Translations under genes and position numbers: made by a program
In this document: positions 52,346 to 64,000 of the stretch, piece after piece
Layout: each line of letters begins with the position of its first letter
Position numbering within the stretch: position 1 is the first letter of the stretch
Origin: Iphione sp. A-MEVVRFRX5
Lineage: Eukaryota
Reading direction: 5' to 3'
Assembly: GCA_976226885.1 (NCBI GenBank)
Contig: OZ320313.1
Location: forward strand, 29,698,001-29,762,000
Length of the DNA: 64,000 nucleotides
The notes under the pieces: generated by a model
What the model saw: only the letters and a program-made list of their open reading frames with translations
Database searches by the model: none
What the model was told of the DNA's origin: nothing

Positions 52346-52939
52346 AGTTGTCCCCCGCCTCATAGAGGGGGGGACATTAGGAATGCTGCCAGCTGGTGTC
52401 CCGACCATCCGTCACACTCTTGTGGGTCTTATACGTCTGAAACCCTTCACTCAAAAAAACAGATTTTAATATATGATATTGGTATATATAGCCCCATGGC
52501 ACTGGGTAATTTAGGTAGTAATTCAAATATTTTGAAGGTGAAATTATGCCAATTTTACTCTTTTCCTAACACACCTACAAACATACATACCTGGTTCAGG
52601 AGTTCCTAGGTCTGACAATGCACATACATACACACTCAGTGCTCAGTCATGCAGAACCGAGGGTTTGTGGCAGTCTGGTGCTCAGTGAGGCAGAACCGAG
52701 GGGACTGTGTCTGGTCAGGCAGAACCGAGAGTTGTAAACCTGAAGGACTTAAACAAGTCTAGCCAACTACCCCCAAAACAAGCTGGCAATCAAGGTGGTT
52801 GTAAGGAGAGAGAGACACTACACACACAGACACACACACACACACATTTTCTCTCTCTTTCTCTCCCCTTCTCCCCCCCCCCAATCTTTATGGGCAGTTG
52901 ATGGCGGGGGACAATAGACCTCACAGGTCCACACTCTTG
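52346..52939 (+). mobile_element. HINE/DINE-1-like non-autonomous Helentron element nested in the LINE
   Basis: 5' subterminal repeat TTGTCCCCCGCC (52348-52359) with a nearby inverted copy forming a hairpin (52349-52376), then a degenerate GTCC-type microsatellite. The 3' inverted subTIR GGCGGGGGACAA (52903-52914) is followed by the stem-loop GACCT-CAC-AGGTC (52917-52929) and a T-rich flank. Confidence 0.7.
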
Positions 52940-54129
52940 TTTTCTTTAAATTTCTCTGTATCTGATTAATATTTGCCAGTCCATAACTTTCCACACCTTT
53001 AATAAATTTAGGCAAATCATTTGTAAAAGAAATAGTTCAGGCAAAATCTGGTAAACATTATGAAACACAAATTATTGTTTAAACTGCAAGGTTATCTAAT
53101 AAATTAGTAATTACCAGGTGTACTCCCCCACATTTTCTGATCCCAAATTGCTCATCACAAAGTAATGATTGATTGTCCTTTAGATAATACACAATTACGT
53201 TGTTCCATCACCTTTGCATATACCGATAAGTGAATAATAGGCCTATATTTTTGCAATTCGCCCTTACTTCCACCTTTGTCAATAGGTGTGATTTCATTGT
53301 CAATAAGCTGTCATTATAAATAGGTAATGATTCATACGTCATATCCAATAGTATTTCTTTAACCGTACTCATTGGAATATCTAAGAACTTGGATGATTTA
53401 TTTTTATGCAGGGAAGCCATAGCATTGCAACATTCTTCAATACTGAAAGGTGGTACCGACTAACATTTCAATATCATAACCGTCATAAGAAACTGTTTCA
53501 GTTATTGCTGTTGACCCTGGGAGGCTCTTGAGGACAATGTCAATGAAAACATCGTTGAATTTCTCTACAGTTTCTTTATCGCTGATTTTTTAATTCTCCC
53601 TGTCTGCTAAAATAGGCTTCTCACAATGACTACCAAATCCCAGCTCCTCACCAAGGTGCTGCCAAAAGCGTTTTGGATTACAGACATCCAAGTCTGCTCT
53701 GTTCAGAATGTATGATCTCTTTGCTTTAACAACTGCCTTTTTACTCTGTACCTAGCTGTCTTTGAAATTAATTTATCATATAGGTTTCCTGATTTTTTAT
53801 ATCTAGCCATTACTTCTATCACGTCTTTTAGTCATAAGTGAACCTACGTAACTATACCACCCGGGTGAATTTTTACTAATTATCTTACATGTTCCTGGTT
53901 ATCATCCCAGGCATCATTAGCGTTGATTTGAGATTGACACTGTTATACTTCATCGATATTACCAGCTGCTTCAATCATAGTACATGTTCTATGGTCAATA
54001 CTGAACCTGGCTTTCTCCCACTAATAACATTGTTCATTTCATTTCATTTCATTGTATCTTTTACCAGGAATATATTCACCTATCATATGACAGGGATCTT
54101 CCATATCCTCCTGGGGTAGCATACTACCA

Positions 54130-54380
54130 TCTATTGTTGAGAATTGAGAGACCAGAATACCTGGGGTTGCTCCCTACTCTTATTTCGAATAGGTTTCTAG
54201 GGTCTTTTTGTGTATAGGGGACAGAATTCTATACACCCACAGCCTTTTTACGAGTTGTGGACCACTCTGGGTTGGGGCTACAGTAAATCTGTCTGGTCAT
54301 GATCAGGAGTCCCAGGCCCGGGATTGAACCTGTGACCTCTCAGTCAGTGGACCAGTGCTCTACCACTGAGCTAACTCCCC
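54130..54380 (-). mobile_element. tRNA-derived SINE
   Basis: Pol III A box TAGCTCAGTGG (54363-54373) and B box GGTTCAATCCC (54320-54330) in a tRNA-like head with poor anticodon and T stems, followed by a non-tRNA body. The 3' boundary is approximate. Confidence 0.75.
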
Positions 54381-57152
54381 ACCCTAGCAGCAGAGGAGAA
54401 TACCTTATTCTCCCTCTCAGTCTGACAGAGATGGAGATTAAACAATGAAGATAACAACCATCTAATGTAAATCTGAATTTTATCATCTTTTTTAATCTCA
54501 CGGTTGTCTGCGGAGAGACTTTACTAATATGTCACTTTATCTGAATTAACTCAGATTTTACTCTCCTTTTTCTCATGGACTCATTTTTGTAAATACACAA
54601 ATTTAGACCATTCAACTGTGATTTTTGTTTCAGACTTTCTACGACAAGGTCGTAACGTACCAGCTTCACCATGAGAATCTTTCTTCATTCGATAAATGCT
54701 ATCAATGCCTTCCATTTTCATTGGTACAGCGATTGAACCACAAATCGAGATGATCACCTGCAAAACCATATCTGGCCCATCTTGGAAGCCTGGACCATAA
54801 AAAATAATAGACTTTTGTCTATTTCATGTAGTATTTGAAGACAACACAGGTTTCCTATAATATCGTTCACTCCAACAGAGTTAGTCGAAAATATGCCCAA
54901 AACCACGGTATAAAGGCAACGAGTATCAATTTTATGTAATCTACAACAGTTTAGCCAACATTTCCTATGCTTATTTACCAATACCGACTCATTAAAACGC
55001 AACCCTACCGCAGTGCAGATGCTTTCTTACGCGTGCTGCACTCAATGCATGCCTGCGCAATGTTTCTATAGCATTTCATTTATGTCCATGTCCATATTTT
55101 TTTTAATTTGCTGTTCGTTGTTGCCATGGTCCTTAGGCTTCTGTAGGAGAGCTGAATTGTGATTGGTCAGTCTGGAGGTTTAGTAAAGCGGGCGACATTC
55201 AAAGGCCTGGCGGGGTGCGGACGTAGGCGGGTGGGTGATTGCGAGACTGCGGGGTAGACCTGTGCCTTGTGATTTGCCGTTCTGTAAATAGTCTGGCACG
55301 AGTGTGCATAGCGGTCACCAGACTGCATCATCCTCGCTGCCCCCACGCATTCCATCATCCCTTGTCGCTTCCAATAATCCTGGCACTGGCCCTGACGACC
55401 GCTTGACCTTGTCACCTCCACTGAATACGGCGGTTTGGACACTGCTACCGTACATCTGACCTTGGTCATTGAGCTCATGTTTCCTCCTGTTAGGCTTTAT
55501 TGTGTACGTCCTCAGGTCAGTATATGAGAAATATCTTGTGGCCGAGTTTTCCGATATTGAGCGTCACTTCCGCTGATGGTCGAGATAATACCGCCTCGAT
55601 TTCAACTTTTCAGGGCAGGTAGTTTAACAGTATTTAACCCTGACATCCTAACCCTGAATAATCAGTGAATTTATTGACTCCCTTAAATTAACTTGGGTAT
55701 TTAAAACGAATTTCCGTTCCAAAAAACGCGTTTTTTGCAGGTTTTATAAGGTTACTCAATGTAACGCTGTCATGTAGTGTTCCAAAGACCACTTTTAATG
55801 GGGATTATTACCTCAGTGTCACGCTGTGAAGTGATGGTTAGTCGCCCATCAAGCTGTTCATTGTCACAACATTTCCAAACCGAAATACATGTACATGCAC
55901 TTGCTAGATTCCTCCTGTGACTAACGATATCAATAGAACACCAACATTGGATTGGCACCTATCAGAATATTCTTTTGGTTTTGTTCTAAGTTTATCATAA
56001 TCATAATCATTCGCGATTTAGAGTCTGTAGCGTTTGTAATGTTTGAAATGCCAGTGTTGGTATGTAACTGTTGATGCTGTTATATAGGCCTACATGTGTG
56101 TATGGCCTTGAATTTTGCCTATATTTAATTATCTTTGTATATAGAACCTAATGTTTGAGTAACCCGTTACTTCGAGATTTTATATTATATTCAATGCGTT
56201 ATAGGTGTATGGTCCTGTTAGAGTGTCTTCTTTAGGTAGATTGTACTTTCAGTATTCAGTATATACAGCAATAGAAATATATGTTATAGCAGGTACAGTC
56301 AGAGATCCCCTTGCATGTACAACAGGGACCCATCGCTAAAGGCCTGTACGTGTAAAATTTAGATATTCATTGTAACTATAATGGAAGGCAAAGCCAGGGA
56401 CCGCATTTAACACCACTGTAGCATAGAAAGTGGTAGTGTCAACGATCCTCGTAGTCACAATGAGTAGAGAGCTACATTGGCTGGGAATTAACTGTTTAGA
56501 GCGCTTTTATGATGGCACTCGTCGCACGTTGTTTACCCATTTAAAATTTACATCTTTTTGCGTGTCTGTTCTGTGTATTTTCGTTATTCATATTCCCAGG
56601 GCTGCAACCATTTCATCGAGTGCCAGAATGAAGCTTTGCAATAAAACGCTAGCAACAAATAAAGTCGCTTGGGGAAAAAAACCCACCCTGCTTAAAGTTG
56701 TCAGTTTACCAGATCGGATTTTATAGCGCTCGTCAGTCAGATGTTCGTGGCTTTAATGAAGGGAGACATGACAAGAATTTGCTGCGTTCCCAGTTTGGCC
56801 AATTCGAGCGAGCTGTTGATTCTGTGTACCGTGTCGTACAAATAATGTTTGACAAGCAACTAATCAGGAGCTGACTTTTCATTCCTGTCCGACACATTCA
56901 TCAATTTAATGTATTTTATGATCATAAAATCATATGGTGAGGTTGACATGAACCATTGGGTTAATATGACAGGGGACTGTAACTAACTTAATGACTGGCC
57001 TATACCTCTGGAGCAATTGCATATTCTGAAAGACCACCGGTTGTATAGCCGTGCCCAAAAATACATCCCGCGCCGTCCGAGCTTTTTGTTCTTCATGTTT
57101 AAACAGATCATGAAATCGTTGTAGATTAATGTTTGCCTTTATCTTTTTTCAG

Positions 57153-57261
57153 GAAAGCCATCTCAAAAAGTTGTCAAGACAACAACGACCTGTTACATCC
57201 GCGCCATGCTGAAATCGGCTACACAAAAAAGAAGGAGATTCGATCCACCGTAGATTGGACG
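57153..57261 (+). CDS. DGKZ/DGKI (rdgA): DGK type IV common exon 2: (R)KAISKSCQDNNDLLHPRHAEIGYTKKKEIRSTVDWT
   Basis: Polypyrimidine tract + AG at 57151-57152; donor GTACGT at 57262; 109 nt, phase 2 to 0. RKAISKS...IRSTVDW matches DGKZ RKAITKS...IRSTVDW. Confidence 0.96.
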
Positions 57262-58715
57262 GTACGTCAAATTGTCGTCTGCTTCTGGTCAACTATAAAT
57301 TTTAGTCCCAGAAACGAAAAATGACTTCATTGAAGTTATCCTATCATGGGTATCTATTAAGTAGGTAGTCTCTTCTATGATAGCGTTGTAAGTGCTGATA
57401 TCATCCTTGGCGTGTAAGCAATCTAATTAAAGCTTCTATTTGAAGACGGCATTAAACGAATTCCAGTAGATTAATGGTCTTAACGAACATTGGTGCATTC
57501 TTAGGGTAACTCCCCTGCAACCAACTATGGAGGGCTTTGGAGCTTTTGTATTTATCTAATTACACCCATACGCCACGTCAATACTGGTATAATTTGTTTC
57601 CTGGTGCCTCTCTCGCTTTTCAAATTACGCATTCCCTCAAAATTGGATAGCTGCGTCCCACCGCATTACACGAACAAGGAACGTAGGGAATATAAAATGA
57701 ATTAGTCTTGATATAAGGACGTCTCGCGACAGCATACCGTGAGGAATTGCTATTTAAATACAACAGAATACTCGACCCATGAATATAAGATGCGCCAGCG
57801 AACATTGATATAAATATCACTGGGCAAAAAGCGGGTAAATTTCTTTAGAGGCTGGTGCTACCATGTCAGCCTCTTCAATTTACAATAAATAAAAACGTCG
57901 AGTTTCTCTGAGTGGCAGTTTGATGTTCCCGTTATTCATGTCGCCGCCATTAGGTGGCGTAAACGATGGGATCTGTTAGCGATATTATTAATGCAACCAG
58001 TCAGTTACAGCGCCGATAGAAACTTTGTCGACAGTGGACTACTCAGATATGACCAAATGTGTAGGTACCCAGAAAAAGATAATGATTAATTTGTCATTGC
58101 ACAAATTCTGTCCAACGTAAACCATTAATGAAGATGTTAGTTATGTAATTTAATTTTTTTTTGGGGGGGGGGGAGGAAATAATACGGTGGGGCGAAAACA
58201 CATTGTTAAGTTACTCCTACGTTTTTACATGTAAGGTATATTATCTCTATATTATCCATTTTACGGCCGTGATTATACACGATGTGAGGAAAGAGTTTAA
58301 ATAACTCAAGATGCGGCATTGTCAGAAAAGACGTTTTCCAAACCATTATAAACGCAGTACATACGTCAATACACATGGGGAAAAACTGATGTACGGACAG
58401 GAGATCCTAAGGCAGACGTGCCAATTCGCACTCTTCCACACCATAAGTAGATTATATTACTTTTTTCCATTCAGAACTAAAGGTGCTATTTTGTGCAGTT
58501 TTTTTAAGTGTATCAAGAGTAAAACTTGCGGATGCAAATTATGGAATAAAGACATGCTTTCCACGAGCTGTTGTTAGTATCTCGAATTGATAAGTTCGTG
58601 TGCTAGAGGCAGCTGCTTCATCCTAAGCATGCGTTCCAGACCAAGATAAGATTGGCCGCGGGTAGTGACACATATATCACGCGTGTATAATCTGTTCTCC
58701 CCTTTTATGCTGTAG

Positions 58716-58799
58716 GAAAGTGCCATTAACGGTGACCATATATGGGTGGATACGAATGCATCGGGTGACTTTTGCTACGTCGGAGAATCTCAGTGCTTG
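58716..58799 (+). CDS. DGKZ/DGKI (rdgA): DGK type IV exon 3, start of C1a: [28 protein letters not shown]
   Basis: CCTTTTATGCTGTAG acceptor, GTAAGT donor at 58800, 84 nt phase 0-0. Matches DGKZ [27 protein letters not shown]. Confidence 0.97.
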
Positions 58800-59631
58800 G
58801 TAAGTGTCCCCGTCCCGAGGAGAAAGACGATTGTTTACTGCGATTCTCTATCCGACGAACCTAAGAACCTCGCCCGCTCTGGTTGCGGCCTGATAGTCGG
58901 TTACATGAATAGGCTTTCAGGCCAGCGGCCTGAAAAGACTTGCCTTACCAGGATCTCTGATCGTTTACATGTACGTCGAAGCAAACCCCTGAAGCGGAAA
59001 TGAGAACATCTCAATACTTTCAGCAGAAAACATCTCTCTGTGGGCGGAGTTGTCACTTACCTTGGCCTGCTGTCCACGCCCTGAGATATCCCTACAAGCA
59101 AGAGCAATTCAAACTCTAAGACCTTGTTAACCAAGCATATTTACTTGCGACTCTCTCTAAGATTACAAAAAAGGTCGTGCCGTCCCATAGAAAGTGCAGT
59201 AATAAATGGACACAAGTCTCATTAATACTTGCTATTCTAAACTTGTGCTAGCATGGGTGTTCACACTAGACATTCTCCCAGGCTGTTAGCAACAGCTTGA
59301 GGTCAGCCATAAAATAATATGAAAAATTGGCTTTCAGTGTATGTATCTAGTCTTTGAAGGAAGGGGTAACTGTTAACAGGGTTCCCGCAGTTTATATCAC
59401 TGAAATGTTTATACAGTTTTGATATGGACAATATTTCAAACTCAAATTCAAGTGTTCTTATTAACCACCTCATACACAAACAGAGTTGTTCATGGTTAAC
59501 CATATGATTTCCTCTCAGCAGAGATAGTGCGATTTCAGAGATGATTTCGTTACTGAGCGTGTCTCTGCGTGGGTTGCTACAGTATATGTCAATATATGCA
59601 TGTATTTGGATGGTAATTATATGGTTGTTAA

Positions 59632-59958
59632 GGCCAAAAGAATAGGTGCGTTTCTGGTAACAACCACCCAAAAACATAGGTAGGGACGGGGTATCTTTGA
59701 TTTTCTTTCCACTTTCTTCCTCTGGTTTTCAATAATAATAAAGATAATATGAAGAAATTTGACCAATTTGCAGTTTTTTGCTGAACTTCCATGGATTTTG
59801 TCGTTTTTCTACTGAATTTACCAAAAACATGTGCTGTGAAAACACATATCTAAGAAAATTCAGCCTTGGAAACTCTTCAGGACCAAAAAATGTTTTAGGT
59901 AAGGTGAGGTTTTACTAGGTAGGGGTGGGTTACCAGAAACACACCTATTTTTTTGGCC
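59632..59958. mobile_element. PIF/Harbinger (Tourist-like) MITE
   Basis: About 30-bp terminal inverted repeats (GGCCAAAAGAATAGGTGCGTTTCTGGTAAC / GTTACCAGAAACACACCTATTTTTTTTGGCC) with TAA target-site duplication (59629-59631, 59959-59961). Non-coding interior. Confidence 0.85.
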
Positions 59959-60110
59959 TAAGTAATACTGAAAGAGCATCTCTTACCCATGATTCTCGAA
60001 CTGTGTCTCTTGCAGGCGTAGATGTTAGGCTTAGATTGCTGAGGTAATAGGTACAGTCCCTGTTCCCTTGACATTACGTCGTAACTCAATATTGCCTTAC
60101 TGCATAAAAA

Positions 60111-60340
60111 TTCAATTCAATTCAATTCAAATTATGTTTATTGAGCAATAAGAAACCACCTGTATCCAGGTGTTTTACAACCTATCACTCAGTCTTTACC
60201 ATATACATACATATATTGGCTGGTATTACCATAACCACGTCTGAACACGGAACCGACAGGAATACATTAATAGTATATCCCATTCCCCTATGTACCATGC
60301 GTGATGCATAACTGTTTTCTAGTCTTTATATAATTATGCT
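60111..60340 (-). mobile_element. 3' end fragment of a second LINE (CR1-like)
   Basis: On the minus strand, AATAAA (60137-60142) is followed by a (TTGAA)4 tail (60111-60130). Upstream lies a short RLENSYASRMVH reading reminiscent of a LINE ORF2 C-terminus. Confidence 0.5.
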
Positions 60341-61787
60341 TGCCTCGGAAAGATTTTACATTTTGAAGCTTGCAAAAGACGGTCACCCGGTCTCGTGGTG
60401 TAAGTAGTTTAATGAAGCGTTACTTTGCAGCAGGCTACATTTACGTAGTAGTATATGAATCGACATTTTTGAAAATATTTTTAAAAGGCCGTCCGCATTT
60501 AGATATCGTCAGATATCCCGATGATGGGTCAGTGGTGTAAGCGATATGTTTTCTTAGATTTTATTCTGTACGCTAATGATTTGAGGGGCCGTGGGAGGCC
60601 TTGTTCGCAATCTGCGCATTACATTCATCATAGAAGCAGGTCAACAACAGCGATTTGTAAACGGAATCGTATAGAAATAAACAGAATGTGTGACTGCTTT
60701 CCCATTGCCGTCAACTATTACCTTGCGTGATGAATTAAGTCATGAAATGCCATTTTCTCCCATGAAATTGAATTATTGATTACTGGAATTTTAACGGAAT
60801 GAGATCTTATTAATGGACTTAACAACCCTCAATTGGTTGAATTAACATTAGTGTGAAAAAGGTAGCCGGGTTTCTTTCCCTCGCAAGAACCACTTGTTTA
60901 TCATGAAGAGTCGACGTTTTCATGCGGCTCCCAGAGGGTCTGTTTGCTACGGGCTTCATCCACGAGTGCACAGGTTGATGTGGAACAGGATTGTGGCGCA
61001 TGAGCAGTTCACAGTCATGCCGGAATTATCATAATAGTACTGAGACCATCGTCAGTTCATCGAGTTTCGGATGACTTTGGGGTACGGTGCTCAGCAAAGG
61101 GAGCCTATACCATAACGACGGGATGAAGAGATACCCTAGATGTTTTGTTGAAGGAAATTAGGCTTACAAAATGCCAAAGAGCAAACTGAAAGTCCATTCT
61201 ATGATTAAAATCCTAGCGGAACTTGAGGTATAACCGTGCATATAGGATTTATTTGAGAGGTGGCATTATCATTCATACATGCATATATGTACACTTATAG
61301 GCAGTAGGGACTCTACCCCTATTTCCAATATTATGACGTTGCATTCTCATCTTTCTGACCGTTGTTGGAAAACCTTTTGTAATAATCCAAATGCGATTCA
61401 TTAGTTTTATCTTAAATCATTTTCTGTTAATTGAACCTGTTCCGTAATAACTTTTCTACGTGCTGTAAACCCTATGATGAAAATCTGTTCTATTGGTCGT
61501 TCTCTTCCAGTTCTATTTACATGTAATTATTTAAGAGATATTTTTCTCTATCAGTGCAATATATTGGGAATGCCGATGAAATATTTTCTAGATGCGTAAT
61601 AACCGCGAACATTGGAATGATCGTTTTTATAGTAGCCGTAGAAATTTATTGGAACCAGCAGTTTCTCACAAGTTAAACATTACTCATACATTTCCCTTTT
61701 GTTTCCCCTCCCCCTTTTGAAAACCCTTTCTGCTAATACTGTCCTCTTTCATCTCTCCTCCTCTGCTTTACCTCAATCTTCTGGCAG

Positions 61788-61862
61788 AAGAGCGGACCGA
61801 GGAAGAAGTGCGCCGCATGCAAAATCCTCATCCACACCGGTTGTATGGTGCAGCTCGACTCG
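61788..61862 (+). CDS. DGKZ/DGKI (rdgA): DGK type IV exon 4, C1a core: KSGPRKKCAACKILIHTGCMVQLDS
   Basis: Long pyrimidine tract + CAG (61785-61787), donor GTATGT at 61863, 75 nt phase 0-0. CxxC...HxxC zinc ligands as in DGKZ RRKCAACKIVVHTPC. Confidence 0.97.
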
Positions 61863-62983
61863 GTATGTATGCCATAGCATTCGGCTTTTAGTGATCACCT
61901 AACACCTTCTGGTACTGCACTCTAATGCCTGTATGTATGTATGTATGTACGCGTAAATATGTGTGTATGTATGCTGGGGCAACATAGAAGCATAGAGAAA
62001 GACAATGCGAGAAATATCTATTATCCATCAAAGAGAAATCTTGGGTGCACAACGAACCGGCCTTTGTGGAAGTGTAGCAGATAAGAGAGAAGGCTTTCGT
62101 GAAAGTCTAGATGTAGAATGGATTATTCATGTGTAACTGGCAGATAAAAGATCAAGTATCATATAATGTGTGGCCTGACGTCTTATGTGGTGAAATATAA
62201 AATGTCTTGTAGACTTTGTCTTGTTTGGTCAGTGTCCTTTAAATGTTAAATGTTCCTCTTCAGTTTGCAATATTCTTAAAGGTTTCACCTTACTTGTGGT
62301 ACTTGCATTGCCTTTAGACATTTGTTTTCAGTATTATCCCCTCCCCGTGAATTTGACTGTAGCCTAAGCAGATCTGTGCTGCCGGCATAACAAAGTTTTC
62401 CTCGGGCTAGTTGACGAGCTTAGGTTGATCTGTCAAGTTATATTAAATTAAATGTTTGGCTGTATATGTTATCCTGAAGCTCGTGCTTCGGTTTTCATAA
62501 CCTGCCAAATAATAGGACGTGCACATCGAAGCTCGCGTTTGTTTGAGCCTGCTTTCAACGTAGCATTACCAGAACTAATCTCCGTGTCTCTCTACGCTTC
62601 ACGATTTTACGCATCGTGATAGAAATGGTAACTCTTTGTGACGGTGGCAGGATTAGACGTATTGCCTGGAGGCCCGTCACTAAAGATGATTGGCTTTTTG
62701 ACCGGATAACATAATTAGTTTCCCCGTGGCCAGAGACGGCGTGTCCGTGTGAAATGTCTGGAGATGGATAGGTTAGATGGGTGGCGGCCCAGGCACATTC
62801 CAAGTCCGAAAAATAGGACCTGCCAATTAGCAGCGTGTCGCGCTCATTAAGAGTTGCCAGTCTGTTGGTCGGCAAGGCTGTTTACCAGGCCAACTGGTGA
62901 GTCGCATTTATCCACGCTCCATCAGCTGTCAATTCTTCCTCTAGTCTATCTCTTTTTTTATTTTTCCTTTTCCGCTGGGATAG

Positions 62984-63040
62984 ATCAACTTCAAATGCAA
63001 ACCTACGTTCAGGGAGGCAGGTCCGCGCAACTACCGGGAG
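62984..63040 (+). CDS. DGKZ/DGKI (rdgA): DGK type IV exon 5: INFKCKPTFREAGPRNYRE
   Basis: T-rich tract + TAG (62981-62983), donor GTAAGG at 63041, 57 nt phase 0-0. Matches DGKZ/DGKI INFRCKP(S/T)FRE. Confidence 0.97.
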
Positions 63041-63383
63041 GTAAGGCAGTCATTTTCTCTCCGCCGAGAACAAAGCAACCAGCCATCCAATAAAATGCCC
63101 CATCCATCATTATTCATTTGACTACACCGTCGGTTTCTCATTACAATTATGTATTTGTGACCGTGGGCGAGACAACATTTCCTTGTGTATCGACTGTTTT
63201 ACAGACAAAGGAGTGGATTACTTTTTTTGAAACCACTGTGAAGCTTGCTTTCAAAGAATTAGAATGAAAATAATCAATGTAGTCTGATAAGTACCTGAAG
63301 GTAGTGGAGGTTAGATTGCCTTTTCTGCGTTAACGTCATGAACAATCCTTTAACGACCATTTTTTATCATTGCTCATCCACAG

Positions 63384-63452
63384 CAAACATTCATGCGGCA
63401 TCACTGGGTCCACCGGAGGCGGCAAGATGGGAAATGTAAACAGTGTGGAAAG
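63384..63452 (+). CDS. DGKZ/DGKI (rdgA): DGK type IV exon 6, start of C1b: [23 protein letters not shown]
   Basis: CATCCACAG acceptor, GTGAGT donor at 63453, 69 nt phase 0-0. Near-identical to [20 protein letters not shown](D/E)GKC..CGK. Confidence 0.98.
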
Positions 63453-64000
63453 GTGAGTAGACCTCACTCCCTGCATAGTACCCATGGCTGGTAAACTCCA
63501 GAGGCATAACTGACCTGCAAGCCAAATGTTCTGTGTTACGGTCATACCATTTGCATAGGTTCAGAGTAGCCCAAGTGGGTATGACGTCAAAGGCCATAAA
63601 AACACAGAGTGCCAAGTGCGCACCATGCGGCAGGTTACCTGATAGTTATTCCAGGACAGGAGCGGTGCAGGTGAGCTAATTGTCGTGGTGTCCCAGGTGT
63701 CTGAAAGGAGAGTGGTAATGGCTGTGGTGCGAACTCCTTCCACTTTGTAACGAAAGCGTTTAATGCATGTATGTCCCTTTAACCTTCACATTGCTGTGCA
63801 CCACAATTCTGGTTTTAGCTGCTACATCGGACTTTAAGCCTTTTTGCTAGTAATGCCTTTAGCCTGAGATGATTTTATTTAACATATTTGTGATGCAGAC
63901 AGTGTAAATCTGTATGTGTTATTGCAATACAAGAAAGCTTATACATGTACGTGTATCTCCCTACAGGTCATAGGCAATTTTAAAGTGGATTGAGGTCATG

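Larger units (their letters stand above)
51631..54900 (-). mobile_element. Degenerate CR1/L2-type LINE (ORF2 remnants, possible ORF1 remnant), interrupted by two nested elements
   Basis: Minus-strand fragments in canonical order: KAKRSY...NPKRFWQHL (~53650-53740), SLHKNKSSKFLDIP (~53380-53420), YLKDNQSLLCDEQFGIR (~53120-53180), NDLP (~53010), EDLGV (~52270), LAVPVIYYG...LHFDPPRKEKFRSSTYY (51870-52200). Then AATAAA and a (TTCAA)4 tail at 51631-51660. Many stops and deletions. The 5' boundary is approximate. Confidence 0.85.
20885..57152 (+). other. 36,268-nt first intron of the long DGK isoform
   Basis: Bounded by the GT at 20885 and the AG at 57151-57152. Downstream introns are only 343-2988 nt. 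Confidence 0.88.

Noticed and set aside
54306-54380. tRNA gene
   Set aside because: A and B boxes are present but the anticodon and T stems do not pair properly and a SINE-like body follows, so it is called as a SINE head.
58800-59003. ORF continuation after exon 3
   Set aside because: Read-through into the intron past a perfect GTAAGT donor, with no DGK similarity.
63559-63633. Open 75-nt AG...GT segment as the next DGK exon
   Set aside because: It reads VQSSPSGYDVKGHKNTECQVRTMRQ and lacks the expected KEI.AISCSWCK C1b continuation. The real exon is probably beyond 64000.
63967-64000. Acceptor CTCCCTACAG near the window end
   Set aside because: The phase-0 reading hits TGA after 8 codons and does not resemble DGK.
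1-64000. CRISPR arrays, operons, rRNA or other prokaryotic systems
   Set aside because: No repeat-spacer arrays or dense ORF packing. The window is spliceosomal-intron-containing animal DNA.

Overview
Eukaryotic, intron-rich genomic DNA. The TACATGTA-rich, MITE/LINE-strewn composition suggests a lancelet (Branchiostoma-like) genome, but that is an inference. There are no prokaryotic features, CRISPR arrays, rRNA genes or intact tRNA genes. The window holds the 5' part of one + strand gene, a type IV diacylglycerol kinase (DGK zeta/iota, Drosophila rdgA family). Six exons splice in frame with canonical GT-AG sites: 19608-20884, 57153-57261, 58716-58799, 61788-61862, 62984-63040 and 63384-63452. 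They encode a long disordered N-terminus, the atypical C1a domain and the start of C1b; the rest of the gene lies beyond the window. Two observations stand out. (1) The long first exon carries about six repeats of an LxVP-like motif followed 7-9 residues later by an RxxS[FVL][DE] site, which looks like a calcineurin-docking plus basophilic-kinase phospho-switch array. (2) The 50 kb upstream of the common exon at 57153 holds several ATG-initiated, phase-2-ending candidate first exons (6605, 33246, 35250, 43672, 47571) and a frame-preserving 63-nt cassette exon (37909-37971), suggesting an N-terminal isoform array. These candidate exons rest on splice signals and frame only, and some may be chance. 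Transposon content: a degenerate CR1/L2-type LINE with a nested HINE/Helentron-type element and a tRNA-derived SINE, two PIF/Harbinger-type MITEs, a second LINE tail and microsatellites. Comparisons to rdgA/DGKZ/DGKI come from my recollection of those proteins and need confirming by alignment.
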